A stretch of DNA of 64,000 bases, from assembly GCA_012295275.1 (NCBI GenBank), contig CM022670.1, positions 4,092,001 through 4,156,000 of the forward strand, read 5' to 3'. Shown here in pieces: positions 1 through 12,320 of the stretch. The notes beneath the pieces are model-generated. The model made no database searches. It was not told where the DNA came from and saw only the letters and a program-made list of their open reading frames with translations. The translations under genes and the position numbers were made by a program. Every line of letters starts with the position of its first letter. Within the stretch, counting starts at the first letter, position 1. Origin of the DNA: Chrysomallon squamiferum (Eukaryota; Animalia; Mollusca).

Positions 1-225
1 TCTTTTTTTTTTCTAAATATATTTGAAAAATGAAGTTTTAAATATCATTAAAACAAATTGTTTCATCAGAAGTGAAATAAATAATTATGTCTGTTTTTAT
101 ATTCAGAAGACTAGTCGTTATTTTAGATGTTATTTTAAATATTTTTAAAAAATCTTCTCAAATAAAAGTTTTGAAAGACACCATAAATGTCATTAAAATG
201 CCTATTCCATCAGAGGTGTGTGAGA

Positions 226-228
<3 letters not shown>

Positions 229-314
<86 letters not shown>

Positions 315-330
315 TGTGTCTGTGTGTGTG
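229..330. repeat. (TG)n microsatellite
   Basis: Direct reading. Confidence 0.97.
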
Positions 331-367
331 TACATGTACATATATATTTCTGGGGTTTTTTTTACAG

Positions 368-456
368 AAGGAAGGTTCAGACAAAGTTAAAAAATTATTG
401 GAAGAGTCATCAGCAAAATTAAGGAAGTCATCTTTAGAAAAAATAAAAGAACGAAG
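368..456 (+). CDS. WWC1: KIBRA exon (KEGSDKVKKLLEESSAKL...)
   Basis: tttacAG acceptor, AG|GTAAAT donor; phase fits the next exon. Confidence 0.75.
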
Positions 457-518
457 GTAAATTGATCTTATTTTCATTTCTTTTGTTTTTTATCATAAAT
501 AAAATTTGCAAATAATAA

Positions 519-549
<31 letters not shown>

Positions 550-2516
550 AGTTGTGGATCTTTTTCATATTATTGTTTTGCTTTCATCAAATATCCATTA
601 AGAAAGAATAAAACCTCAAAAACTCATAAACCCTGAAAACAAATAAAATATGTTGAAACTATAATTTAAAAAGTTAATATGCTATCAAACTTATAGTGTC
701 ACCAAATTTTTGATGTGTTTACTAATATACTTATGATATAATTTTCTTTCAGTCTGTATTTATTAATAATGTTGAAAAATTATATTTTACAGTCACTTCA
801 AGTCTCCCCATATAAATGTTTCTTCCGTTAAAGAGGAAAGCAGTGATGAATCAACAATAATTTCATCACAGACATCAACACTAACAAGAAATCAAGGTAA
901 ACATATTTTCAGCATGCTAAAATGTATTTATTTACTGGGATAATAGTTTTTGTGAAATAAGTAACAAGATCATAAATACATTTTGATCTGAATATTTTTA
1001 AAAGATATGTGATCTTCAAAATACTAGTTGAAATTATATTAGGTGTCTGTGTTTTCATCAGCAAAGTTTGTGAGATGCTGTTAATTTTATTTTGTAGTTT
1101 TTTCTTTTTAATTTTTTAATGGTAATTTGTGAACAGTATTTGGATAAAAATTTAAATAAGACTATTTTATCTATACATTTTTTTATTATTTTTGTTTTTA
1201 TTTATTTATTTATTTTTTTCACTTTACCTTTTTGTTTCAGATGAGTGCTAATAATATTTCCAAAAACAATTAAATAAAAAATTTTTAAAAAAAACACAAC
1301 AAAAACAAGATCTTTTTCTTGCATTACAAATACCAACAGCAGATTATCCAGTTCCAGATCTTTGTATTTCATAGTTTTCAAGCTGTTTTCTGTTTCGGTC
1401 ACAAAGTAAAACTGTATATTTCTAGGTCCAGAAGACATGGAAAAGCATCGAGACAACAACACAAGTCCTCCCAGGATTGAATTTCTTGAAGATGATGATG
1501 ATGAGGATGATCTCGAAGAAGATGAAAAGGTGAATAAACATACACACATGCATGAAATAGTATTTATATACACCTGTGTTCAGATTTGCTTAATGCTTAT
1601 GTTCCAGCATTATGAACATAACAACTAAATTATGATCAAATGCTTAAGCAAAACATGTTCCATTATTTTAAGATATTGTATACTTAACCTATCAGATTTG
1701 TTTTACATTTCTGTGGAATAACGTAACATAATAAAAAGATGAAAGCATCCTATGAGCATCTTCTTTTGTTTGTTACTTTAATACTTCATTATTAGCAAAG
1801 GCTTGGGGTCTAGGAAATGCATAACGAATCTCATATATACAGAAGTATACAGAATTATTAAAGATACTTGTTTCACAGTTTAAATATTTTAATGTATTGA
1901 TACCCATACAGAGGTATGAAAGATCAAACCAAAAATCTTTACACATAGAAGACCTGTTTGTACACAGTTATACACAATGTAATATATATTTTTATTGCTA
2001 ATTAATATATGACTGTCATTTAATTCTAACTACAGATCATTGGAACCTACCAGAATCAATATTGTAATTAAAAAATGTGAATTAATTATTATTATTATTA
2101 TTATTATTTGTAATTATTAGGATTATAGTGAAATGATTCATGAGGTGCTGGAAGAACTGGAAAAAATGGAGCAGTTTGACGATCACTTCACTGAGTCTGA
2201 CGAATCACTGCAAATCAAAACCTGCGACGCAGAAACCAACACAGACGGAGAGTTCCTGGTCCGAGAAATCAAACGTAGACCACATCACCATCATCACAAC
2301 CACCACATCCGCAACAGCACAATACGGCGCTCCCAGACCTTTTCACCAGCATGCAGACAAGTGCCTGGATACGTGTGCAAGGTCAGCTTTGTTCAGCTTT
2401 TACCTTCTTACTACAGGCTGAAAATACTAGCAGTTTTATTTTTTTATTTTTAAAATTTATATAAAAAAAAAATGTTTATATTATTATTATTATTATCATC
2501 ATCATTATTATTTTTA

Positions 2517-2547
<31 letters not shown>

Positions 2548-5471
2548 TATTATTGTTATTATTATTATTTTATTATTATTTTTATTTTTTCTTATTGTTT
2601 GTCCAGGTTTTTAATAAATTTTATGTAAACACAAATAAATCTGATAAGTAGACAGATAGTAGTTTTCAAACCATCTGTATTTTGAGTAAATAATATTTAT
2701 GGTGTTGATATTTTCATTGAATAGTCAAGATAATGTTTATTCTAATGCATGGTAAGACATTTACTACTGCTCTTATCAGTCTACAAGGAAAAAAAAAGAA
2801 TTCTGTTGCATATCATCATGTTTGTTCTTTGACATATCTATGTTAATGGCCACTATAATTTAACTCTTGCCTGCCAATTCTTAAAACTACTGCTGTCACC
2901 TGCATGTGCATGGAAATAATTTTTATTTTTTATTTATTTATTTATTTATTTTGTTTAATTACTGAAGGGTCTTTTTTTGTTGTTGTGTTATTCATTTTCA
3001 CTATTCAGAAGATTATTATTTTTTTTTATAGTACAGGAAAGCAGTATGGTATCTGTGATGTGTAATAATGTTGGTGTTTGTTCTGTTTCACAGCTCAGTC
3101 GCAGTGACAGTGATGGCTCAATGCCTCTGTACAAACGTGGGCCATTCCAGAGAAACACGAGAGAGAGGACAAGCCTACGCTGGAAAAGCAAGGTACCAAT
3201 ATCTGACCTCTTAATATACACTGTATGTTAAATCACAAAATGATGGTGATGATCATAATGATGTTGATGGACATCATCATAATAATATCAATTAAAAAAA
3301 AGTGCTTATTGCAAGCTTTATTGGAATTTTCCATTTGTCAGAAATATTTGTTATATTCATCATACCATCTGAGGTCCAGTAAAACATTTTTTGTTAAAAT
3401 AGCTTTAATCCATCAGATTATTTCTGCTTATTTTTTATTTTTGTGTGTGTGTTTGTGTGTTTGTGTGTGTGCATATATAAAATGGGTTTTTTTTTCTTAT
3501 ACTCTTACTGATTCAACCAGATGTTTTCAGTTCTGTAGATAAGAGTAAAATCAAGTTGTTGTTTCATTGCAGACACCTGGAGCAGTCTCCTCTGGTCATC
3601 TTCCCATTCGGACATCTCTCGACTTGGAGCTGGATCTCCAGGCATCTCACACAAAACTATCTCACCTGAATGATGAGATTACACGCTTGAAAGAACTCAA
3701 GCGACACATGGAAGAAGCTAAATCAAAAGGCAAGTTGAAGGTTTATTTACCTTGGCAATGCGTAACCATAAATTGTAAGCTTGTTTTGTTGTTGGGCTGT
3801 AAAAAAAGGTTGTGTGTTTCCTTTATCTTATTTGTGATTTACAGTGTGTTAATCAGTGTTAAATAAAGTTCTTCTGTATGAAGAAGATAAAGCAGTAAAA
3901 TATTTTTGAGAATTTTTTTATGTAGTTACTGTTCAAGAGAGTTTTTAAAAATATAAATTGAAAAGTGCATTCATAATTGTTTTATTCATATTATGGTGTC
4001 TAGTTACAAGAGAATAAAATACTAATAAATAAATAATAATAATAAAAATAATAAAAAATTTTGTAGCTGTTTCATCATTGTGAATTACAGTAAACATAAA
4101 GTGAAAGACTAATGAACAAAATATGTTTTCAGGTACCACAGAATTGCCGTCTTGGATTACTGATGATGAGCAACTTCAGAAATTTCTATTAGATGCTGAA
4201 AAACTGGTAAATTTTTAAGTGCTGATTTTAAATGTTATAACATTTAAATGTTGTCAACTGGGTACAGTGTTAGTCGTGTGATCTGATTTACATTTGTATT
4301 GTATCATCAGTATTAACACTGAATTGAGCTGCAGCATTATCAGTCATTGTGCTGAAATTTGAAAAGTTGACAGTTTAGATTTTCTTGCCTTCCACATTGA
4401 AATATGTTCATCTGTAACTGAACAAAAATGTGAAAAGGTATTTTTGACCTTAATAATATTATTAAATGTGGCTATATTAATGTTTTGCTCAAATATCTTC
4501 ATTTGTATATATATATTACTTTTAAATTATTGCTGTTGTTGTTGCTATGACTTTTTCAAAATATTATATTTTTATTTATTTATTTATTTATTTATTTATT
4601 TTTTTATTTATTTATTTATTTATTTATTTATTTTACAGAACCAAAAACAAAATGTCCAGGGTTTTGTTTCTAAACAAGACCGGCGGGCAAAGCACCTGAT
4701 GAAGAAAGTAAAGAGAGATGTACATGAAATGAGACAGGGCTCACAGTCATCTAATGCCAGATCATTTAGGTCTGTAACTCTTCCTGTCTGTACTTTAACA
4801 TTTCAGTTCACTGGAACCATAAATTGTTATGAGCTAGGTAAAAGTTTTATAAAGCTATAACAACTCAGAAGCCAGTAATAAAAAATTAAAAATATTCTAA
4901 GCTACGTATTTGATGTGACTTTTAAATGCAGGTGATAAATAAATAATGGATTGACTCATGTGCAGTTAAAATATCTTCTTGTGTTTTATGAACAAAAGGA
5001 AAATTTCCAAGAGCTTTGCATTTTGAAAGATATTGTGGGGTTTTTTAATTTCTTTTGTACTGCACTATTAAACTTATCTGACTGTGATTTCACAATTGTT
5101 TTCTAGTTGTTATTTATTAAAAGAGTTTGGTAAATTTTTTATTTTTTTTTTTTTTTTGCTACGGTAATCTTTGTAATTGCTATAACAAATTTTTATAGAA
5201 TTAAAAAAAAAAAAAAAAAAAAAAATATGTTTGATCTGATTATTTTATGACAAAATTGTTTTAAAAAATTGTATTTTTATTATATAACTGAATTGGTAAC
5301 ATGGGTTTAAAATAATTATGAATTTTCCAATTAATTTTTTTTCATTATAACAGGGAAAAAATGGCATTCTTCACAACGGTTAACATGAAAGTTCCTGTAA
5401 TACCAGCAGAAAAAACAGACGAAAGACTGGAAGAATTTCTCAATGACAACCGAGTTGGAGAAGAAGTTTGA
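368..5471 (+). CDS. WWC1: KIBRA/WWC family Hippo-pathway scaffold, 3' part (9 exons; gene starts upstream of the window)
   Basis: Exons 368-456, 793-896, 1426-1529, 2121-2381, 3094-3192, 3573-3729, 4133-4206, 4639-4769 and 5354-5471 join in phase. They give ESSDESTIISSQTSTLTRNQ, IRRSQTF, LSRSDSD..PFQRNTRERTSLR, RTSLDLELDLQAS, ELPSW, FREKMAFFT and a C-terminal EEV*, all recalled KIBRA motifs. Confidence 0.93.
793..896 (+). CDS. WWC1: KIBRA exon (..EESSDESTIISSQTSTLTRNQ)
   Basis: AG/GT bounded; recalled KIBRA motif. Confidence 0.9.
1426..1529 (+). CDS. WWC1: KIBRA acidic exon (GPEDMEKHRD..EDDDDEDDLEEDEK)
   Basis: ttctAG acceptor and AG|GTGAAT donor; phase 1 to 0. Confidence 0.85.
2121..2381 (+). 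CDS. WWC1: KIBRA exon (DYSEMIHE..CDAETNT..IRRSQTFSP..YVCK)
   Basis: AG/GT bounded, 261 nt, RSQTF motif. Confidence 0.9.
3094..3192 (+). CDS. WWC1: KIBRA exon, aPKC-binding region (LSRSDSDGSMPLYKRGPFQRNTRERTSLRWKSK)
   Basis: AG/GT bounded, 99 nt; resembles recalled human LNRSDSD..PFVRNSLERRSVRMKR. Confidence 0.93.
3573..3729 (+). CDS. WWC1: KIBRA coiled-coil exon (RTSLDLELDLQAS..), ends at a GC donor
   Basis: ttgcAG acceptor; AAG|GCAAGT donor is required to keep frame. Confidence 0.9.
4133..4206 (+). CDS. WWC1: KIBRA exon (GTTELPSWITDDEQLQKFLLDAEKL)
   Basis: tttcAG acceptor and TG|GTAAAT donor. Confidence 0.88.
4639..4769 (+). CDS. WWC1: KIBRA exon (NQKQ..KKVKRDVHEMR..SF)
   Basis: tttacAG acceptor and AG|GTCTGT donor; phase 2 exit. 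Confidence 0.88.
5354..5471 (+). CDS. WWC1: KIBRA last coding exon (REKMAFFT..RVGEEV*)
   Basis: acAG acceptor, TGA at 5469-5471, PDZ-ligand-like C-terminus. Confidence 0.92.
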
Positions 5472-6023
5472 ATGAACAAGAACACTGAGTCTCTTTGCAG
5501 ACAGCCTCATATTTCAGGATATTCTCCATAGCAGTCACCAGTCTCTGTTAACTTGTTCACAGGATAGAGAGAGAGTGAGAGAGTGCGCACATGTTTAATG
5601 TGCTTCAGGGTGCTTTTGAAAAGCTAAAATCATTTCAGTTAGAAGTCCTATCTGAGAGAGAGTTTTAAAACATTTAAATAAAAATAATAATGTCACTGGC
5701 CTGTCTGTGGCAGGTGCTGCTGTCTCAAACAGCTGTGATATCACAAATGTTGTTGAAATACGCAGAAATGTGGAATTTGTGTAATGAATTTTTTGAAGAA
5801 AAAAAACCCCAAACAAACAACAACAACAAAGAATTATAATTGATTAAGATGTTGACGATTGACTGAATTTACATACTAACCACTGTAAGTAGATGTTACA
5901 TAATTCACTTATGTGATATATAATCAATGGTCACATGCTATGTTACGGATTTGGTAGATTTATTTTTATTTTTATATTTTTTTTTAAATGATTTTTAAAA
6001 TCAGCTGACTGGCTCAGTGGACA

Positions 6024-6054
<31 letters not shown>

Positions 6055-9000
6055 AACAATTAAAAAGAATAAAGTAGTTTTTTGTTTGTTTTGGATGCCT
6101 TATTCATTTTGTAAAATGTCCCTGTTTTACAATGGACTTCGATCAAGGTTTTCTTCAGAAAATAAATGGGAAAAATAGTGACATGAAAAATGTTTGTGGA
6201 CTCTGTATGGTATTATCAACAGTGGCAAATATGTCTTATTTTTTTATAAACACTTTTTGAACAAGTACTAAAATTATGTTGGCTTTCATACTTTGTATAA
6301 GCATAATTTATGGACTTTTATTAATTGTCTTTTACAAGGCTTTGTATTTGTCAAAACGATTTAACAGTTTTCACAGTCTTTTCTGTATATATGAATAATA
6401 AAAATGACAGTAAAGAGTCTAATATTGTCTGAAATATAATATTCCAATATTTTAGCTCAAAAGAAATTATTTTTTAATATTATTTACTAAATTACACAGT
6501 TATTGTATTAAACTAGACTACAGCAGTAATTAAGTTGTATGATAACAACTTGTTTTTTTACAACAATTGTTATTTACTTTTTTTGATGAGAAAAAGCTGT
6601 TTAAGGATTATTTATAACTAGCTTGTTTTGTGTATTTGTAAATTAATTTACATGTGTAACATTTGAAAAATGTAACCTCAGCTGTTATATAAACATGTTC
6701 AAATAAATTACATACACTCAGATCTACTTTTTTAAAATATTTAACAATGTTTTCCAAGCAATGTAACTTACTGGCAGTATGTATTTTTGTGATTAAAATA
6801 AGAAAAACTAAACTTGTTATAGTTGGCCAGTTCTGCTGATGTGTCTTATGAAAATTTCCGAAAGGAAGTTTACATATGATTCAAACTAATATATGAAAAC
6901 TTTCTCTGAAGACATCATTTAAACTGTTAAATAGGTTGTTTTTTTGTGTTTTTTTTAGTTTTTTTGTTTTTTTTCAGATATGAATAAGACTATAAGAATT
7001 ATCCTAATGCTAATTTCCATTCAGTTTATAATTGTATTTAGAAAAAAAAATTATACGGAAATATTTAAGTTATCCAAAAATAGAAAAGTTTCTGTTAACA
7101 TATATTTTCTCTTAGCTAGGAACTTTTTTGAAGGACACTGTTTTTAAACTTTTAAAAGCAATTTATAAAATATTTATAACATGATGAAACCTCACTGATG
7201 TAGACATAATATTTATGTGTGCAGAGATGGTGAAATGTTTGAATATTTTATTTCTTCTTCCATCTGTAAACCGAGAAATTTAATGAAATCTTTTTCAATC
7301 AAGTAAAAATGGTGCTTAACTGATCTTTTTCTTTATAATATTTTTTTATCCATTTAAAGTCAATCACTGATTATAAATACATACTCAGAATTAATAACCT
7401 TTTATTTTTTTTATTTTTTTATGATAACATTAAGAAATTTAATAAGGGGCCTGTTAACATGTAGTGGCTCAAAATGGGTTGGCACGTACGTCCAGTATTT
7501 TCTGGACTGTTTCAATATTAATTAAAATTACCTGCCTTTGAATTTTTCATTTATTACTATTGTTATGATTATTATTTCGGTTTTTTTTTTTTTTTTATTG
7601 TTATTATTATTATTTTTTGTATTAATTCCAAAACAATAATAATGATTTTTTTGTGCTTTTATGTGAATATGTTATATGGGACTGGAGGATTGTTATGTAT
7701 TTTTTTCTTCTTTGTTAGGTGAAAAAATAGAGTAGTTTGGGTATGTATATGCATGCATGCGGATACGCTTGATAATCCATACACAAACAAATGTATGTCC
7801 ACACACAATCATTTGTTTTAAACGAATATTTTATTAAGAAGTCTGAGCTGTTAGACAGAAGTCAAGTTTAATACTTTAAGGGCTTGTTTTCTGTTTATCT
7901 TTGTTACATTCAGTCAACTACAGTTTTTATTTATTTGTTAATTAATTATTATTATTATTTTTTTTTTTTTTTTTTTTTTTTTTACTTCAATAGTATTGAC
8001 TTTCAGGATTTCAAATTTAAATATATTCATTTTCACTTTTTAAAAAACAAAAAAAAAAAAAAAAAAAGTGAGAGAGAGAAATAAATTAAATATTATATGC
8101 AGTTGATATATGTGGATTTTTACATTTAAAAACAAACCTAGCATTCAGTTTTCAGGAACAACTTGAGATTGCTAAAAGTGCCAAATAACCGTTAGGCATT
8201 ATTTCATTTACCGTTTTTTTCTTCTTCTCTGTCATATTCATTATTATTATCTTTTTTTATTTTTTTTTTTTCATTTTGTATGAAATGGCTTGGTGTTATG
8301 TCATTGAATTGTTAATTAATTATTACTTGTAGTCATAAATTTAGAGATCATTTCTACAGTCTCCATTGCCAAGACATCATGAAGAACAACAAAGATCATT
8401 CTGTCACTGAAGCAGGCTTTCGTTTGTTAACTCATTATTAGAAGTCATTTTGGACATATTTTAATTCTTTACCTATGTATACTTTTTAGAAAAAAGCGAG
8501 AAAATAACTGTGCGTACACATTATTATGTGTTTTTAGTTTAAACCTTTTATTAAAAAGCAAATTGTGTGTTTGTGTGGGTATGGATGTTTTAATATGTGA
8601 CCACAGGTGCCTTAATTTTAAAAACTCACCTGAAACTCTTTCTTCATGTAAAATAATAGATATAATAATGGTAATAATAACTAAACATAATTTAATAGTA
8701 ATGTGAAATATTATTAATTATTATTATATATTTTATTATATGGACTTTTATTAACTGTCTTTTACAAGGCTTTGTATTTTTTTTTATCAAGAACATTTTT
8801 ACACATGCACCAATTCAGTTTGTAACCAAGTTAAATTTCTAGATTGTGTTTTCTCAGTTAGAAATATGTCAGTTTTCATATTCATTCTGGCTGTATAATT
8901 TTTATACACAATATAACAGCTAGTTACTTAATATATATGCCAAAGTTCATTGTGTATTATAGTGTCAAATAAATCTATCCCTTCATTAATGGACTGTCAT

Positions 9001-10321
9001 TAATATATTTTGTTTTTTCAAAAAAAAAGATGATTACATTTATTCACATCATGTAATACTCGGGTTTAATAGCATTAACATCAGTAATGGTAGACAATTA
9101 TTTTTGTTTCTTTGTATAATTTTACATTTATTCACATTTCATATCCTTGAAGCATATACTAACAGATTTAATAGTATTGATATCAGTAATATTAGATCAT
9201 TATTTTCATTTCTTTTTATCAAAACACAAACATTAAAACTTCATATCATCCAGTACATTAGTTACTTTCACATTTCAAATAACTGAAAATAATGGTATTA
9301 ATAGATACACTTTTTAATACGGAAATGTTTGATCATTTGATCATCAGTCACTTTGTATTAAAAATATTAGTAATTTTATTCATAATTCATATTGTTGAAG
9401 CATATGAATTACTAAAAGCAATCTTTATTATTATTATTATTATTATTACTGTATTTCAAATCTAAAATGGGAGGTCATTCATGACAGTTACAGGAACTCA
9501 ATTCATTTTGTCATAGCTCTGTTAAATGAGCCATTTTCATTCATTTTTATTCAATTTTTTCTTCATGTAAATATCACTGTAGATTGTACACAAGTCAGTA
9601 ACTATATATCTGTGATTGTTGTTAACTATGTGTGTTAGAAGTCACTGATAGATCTAGTGTTGATACAGTTCAGATAATTAATAGAAGTCATCAGTGTCAT
9701 TCATTGGCATAACTCAGAGTACTAAAACTATTGTACTATGGTTAAAGATGACAAAAGATGTGAATACCACCTGTTGTGGATTCTCATGTAGTTATTACAG
9801 TTATAAACAAAATTATGTCATCTAAATATACCTGTTGCTAATTGTCAATATATCTACTACAGCTAAAGGTGACACTAAATATAACCTCTTGATAATTGTC
9901 ACATACATATAACAGTGTTATATGATACATGAATATTACAGATCAACCAAATATCATTTGGTGATAATTACCATACACCTAACTATAATTAAAAGGTGAC
10001 ATGAAAGGAATATTTCACTTTTTAGTTATAGCCTGACATACAGATCTATGATATTAACTTCTGAGAAAAGGATTGTTGATACATGTAACATGTAAGTCTC
10101 TATAGTATCACTGAGTATATGATGTTAATGAAAACAGTTCTTTATCTTTATATAAAATAATTTTTATTTTATTTTTTTTATTTTTGATATGTGTATGTAA
10201 ATATAATGATGCATACCTTTGAAGTTTATACTGCTTGATCAACAGCAACAAATATTACAGATTATTAATACTAGTAAATGAACTTAAATATACAAAAATG
10301 AACTAAGAGAGTCAAATTATA

Positions 10322-10359
<38 letters not shown>

Positions 10360-11497
10360 TATTATTATTATTACTATTTTGTTAAATAACATTATATTGT
10401 GATAAAGTTTTCTTGAAGTTAAAATTTGAATGTTTCATAATTATTCAAAATACATTTTCAGTTATGGGTGTATGTGTATTTATGTGTATTTATGTGTATA
10501 ATGTGGGCATATAGTTCTTTAGCTAGCATAAAATTACCAAAATTATTTTTAAATTCCAATTGGGCAGTTTAATGTTATTGTTGCAAGGCCAGTTATGTAC
10601 ATAATTAAAATATTTGTAAAATTTTAAACGTTTTTATTTTTTAAATCTCTAAATTTAAATTGCATATAGTTCTAGAATGTTGATTCTGTCATTATCAAAT
10701 CTTCATTATTATTAAATGAAATCTAGAAACCATTTAATGTAAAAATGTGTTTGGGATGTTTCATTAAGCAAACATTTCATTTTTCATTAATTACAAAGAA
10801 ATTGAAAATTCATCTTAGAAAATAACAACAGTGGGAATTTAGTTCAAAATTATGAATAATCATTTAAATTAATAGTAACAATTTTAAGCAATATTTTAAT
10901 TAAAAATGTACAGTATTTCTAACTTATATCTAAACTGATATTTAATTGAAATTTTTTTTTAAAAATTCTATAATTAGGAAATAGATAATTTTCAGATTTT
11001 TTTTAAAGTTACTTGGTATTTTAATATGTTTATGTATAATTCCGTGCAGCATGGCAATCTATTTTTTTTATTATTTATTGTTTTACTTTATTATTGCCTG
11101 TCTAGTGATATTCTTCAGGTGAGTGACAACTGTTAGTATACTCAGTTCTGAGGACAACTGTCTGGACAATGTCAGTAGAAGTACAGGTGTTAATTATGTC
11201 CATTCTGCCATGCTACAAGTTTATTATTAAATAGAATCCACCAGTCTCAGATATTCAAAATATCTCTTGTACCTTTAACACACCTGTCCTATCATAATTT
11301 AATTAATTCAGACCAATTGTTATAAAGGAAAAAAAAGAAGTTTTTATTTAAAATAGATATGAAGTCATTATTGTGTCATAGCAGTCATGAATTACATGAT
11401 GTTTTCTCATCAAGAGATCAAAGATCAAATCAAAAACCATTGTTATAGGTTTCTTATTTTTTTACAGCATCTTCATTGCTTTAAGTTGTTTATTATT

Positions 11498-11532
<35 letters not shown>

Positions 11533-12289
11533 ATTAATTCAAATATTATTAAATCTTATTTATTTATTTTTTATTAATATTATTTTTTTAAAAATAAAAT
11601 AGTCATTTCAGTATCAAGGATTAGTGAATTTACTCAATGTGCCTTTCTGTGTAATGTATGATACATAGTATTGGTCTGTTTTTGTTATTATTTTCCCTGA
11701 GATTATATTATTTATGTTGAAAATTACTGATCTGGAAAACAAAATTCTTAGAGTGTCATCCTGTACTAACAGGGCTTTGAGTATGTTTTGAACTACACAT
11801 TACTTTTTTACATTTAGTGACTTTGACATAATCAAAATGGCAGAACCATAGATTGTATTCAAAAATCATGTAACCTTTAAAAATGAGACAACTGTAAACA
11901 CATTGCTGATTAAAATGAGATGATGAGCAGTGGACATTTGGTATAAGTTTTCTATAAAATCTGAATAGTTCTATAGTGTGTTTTATGCAAGTTGTAATTT
12001 TGTTTTGTTTTTCCTTGATTTTATTATATTTAAAAATTTAAATCTTTTTTAAAAAAATTGTTTTTCCCGGTCTTGGTATTGTGTTTATTACGAATATTAA
12101 TTATTCTGTGTAACCGGAATTGTTTTTAGGATCTGAAATATCAACTCCACAACTTACACATTTATTTTTTTTTTTTTTAAAAAAAATTTTTTTTTTTTTT
12201 TTTTTTTGAACTTTTAAAATTGATATTTAAGAAATTATTCTAATTAATATGTATGTACTGTTATTCAGTATATATATGCAGTTGTGAAT

Positions 12290-12320
<31 letters not shown>

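Noticed and set aside
87-477. ORFs with VCVC/HTHT runs
   Set aside because: Translations of a (TG)n microsatellite. The same applies to the many F/I/K/Y-rich short ORFs from poly-T, poly-A and (TTA)n tracts.
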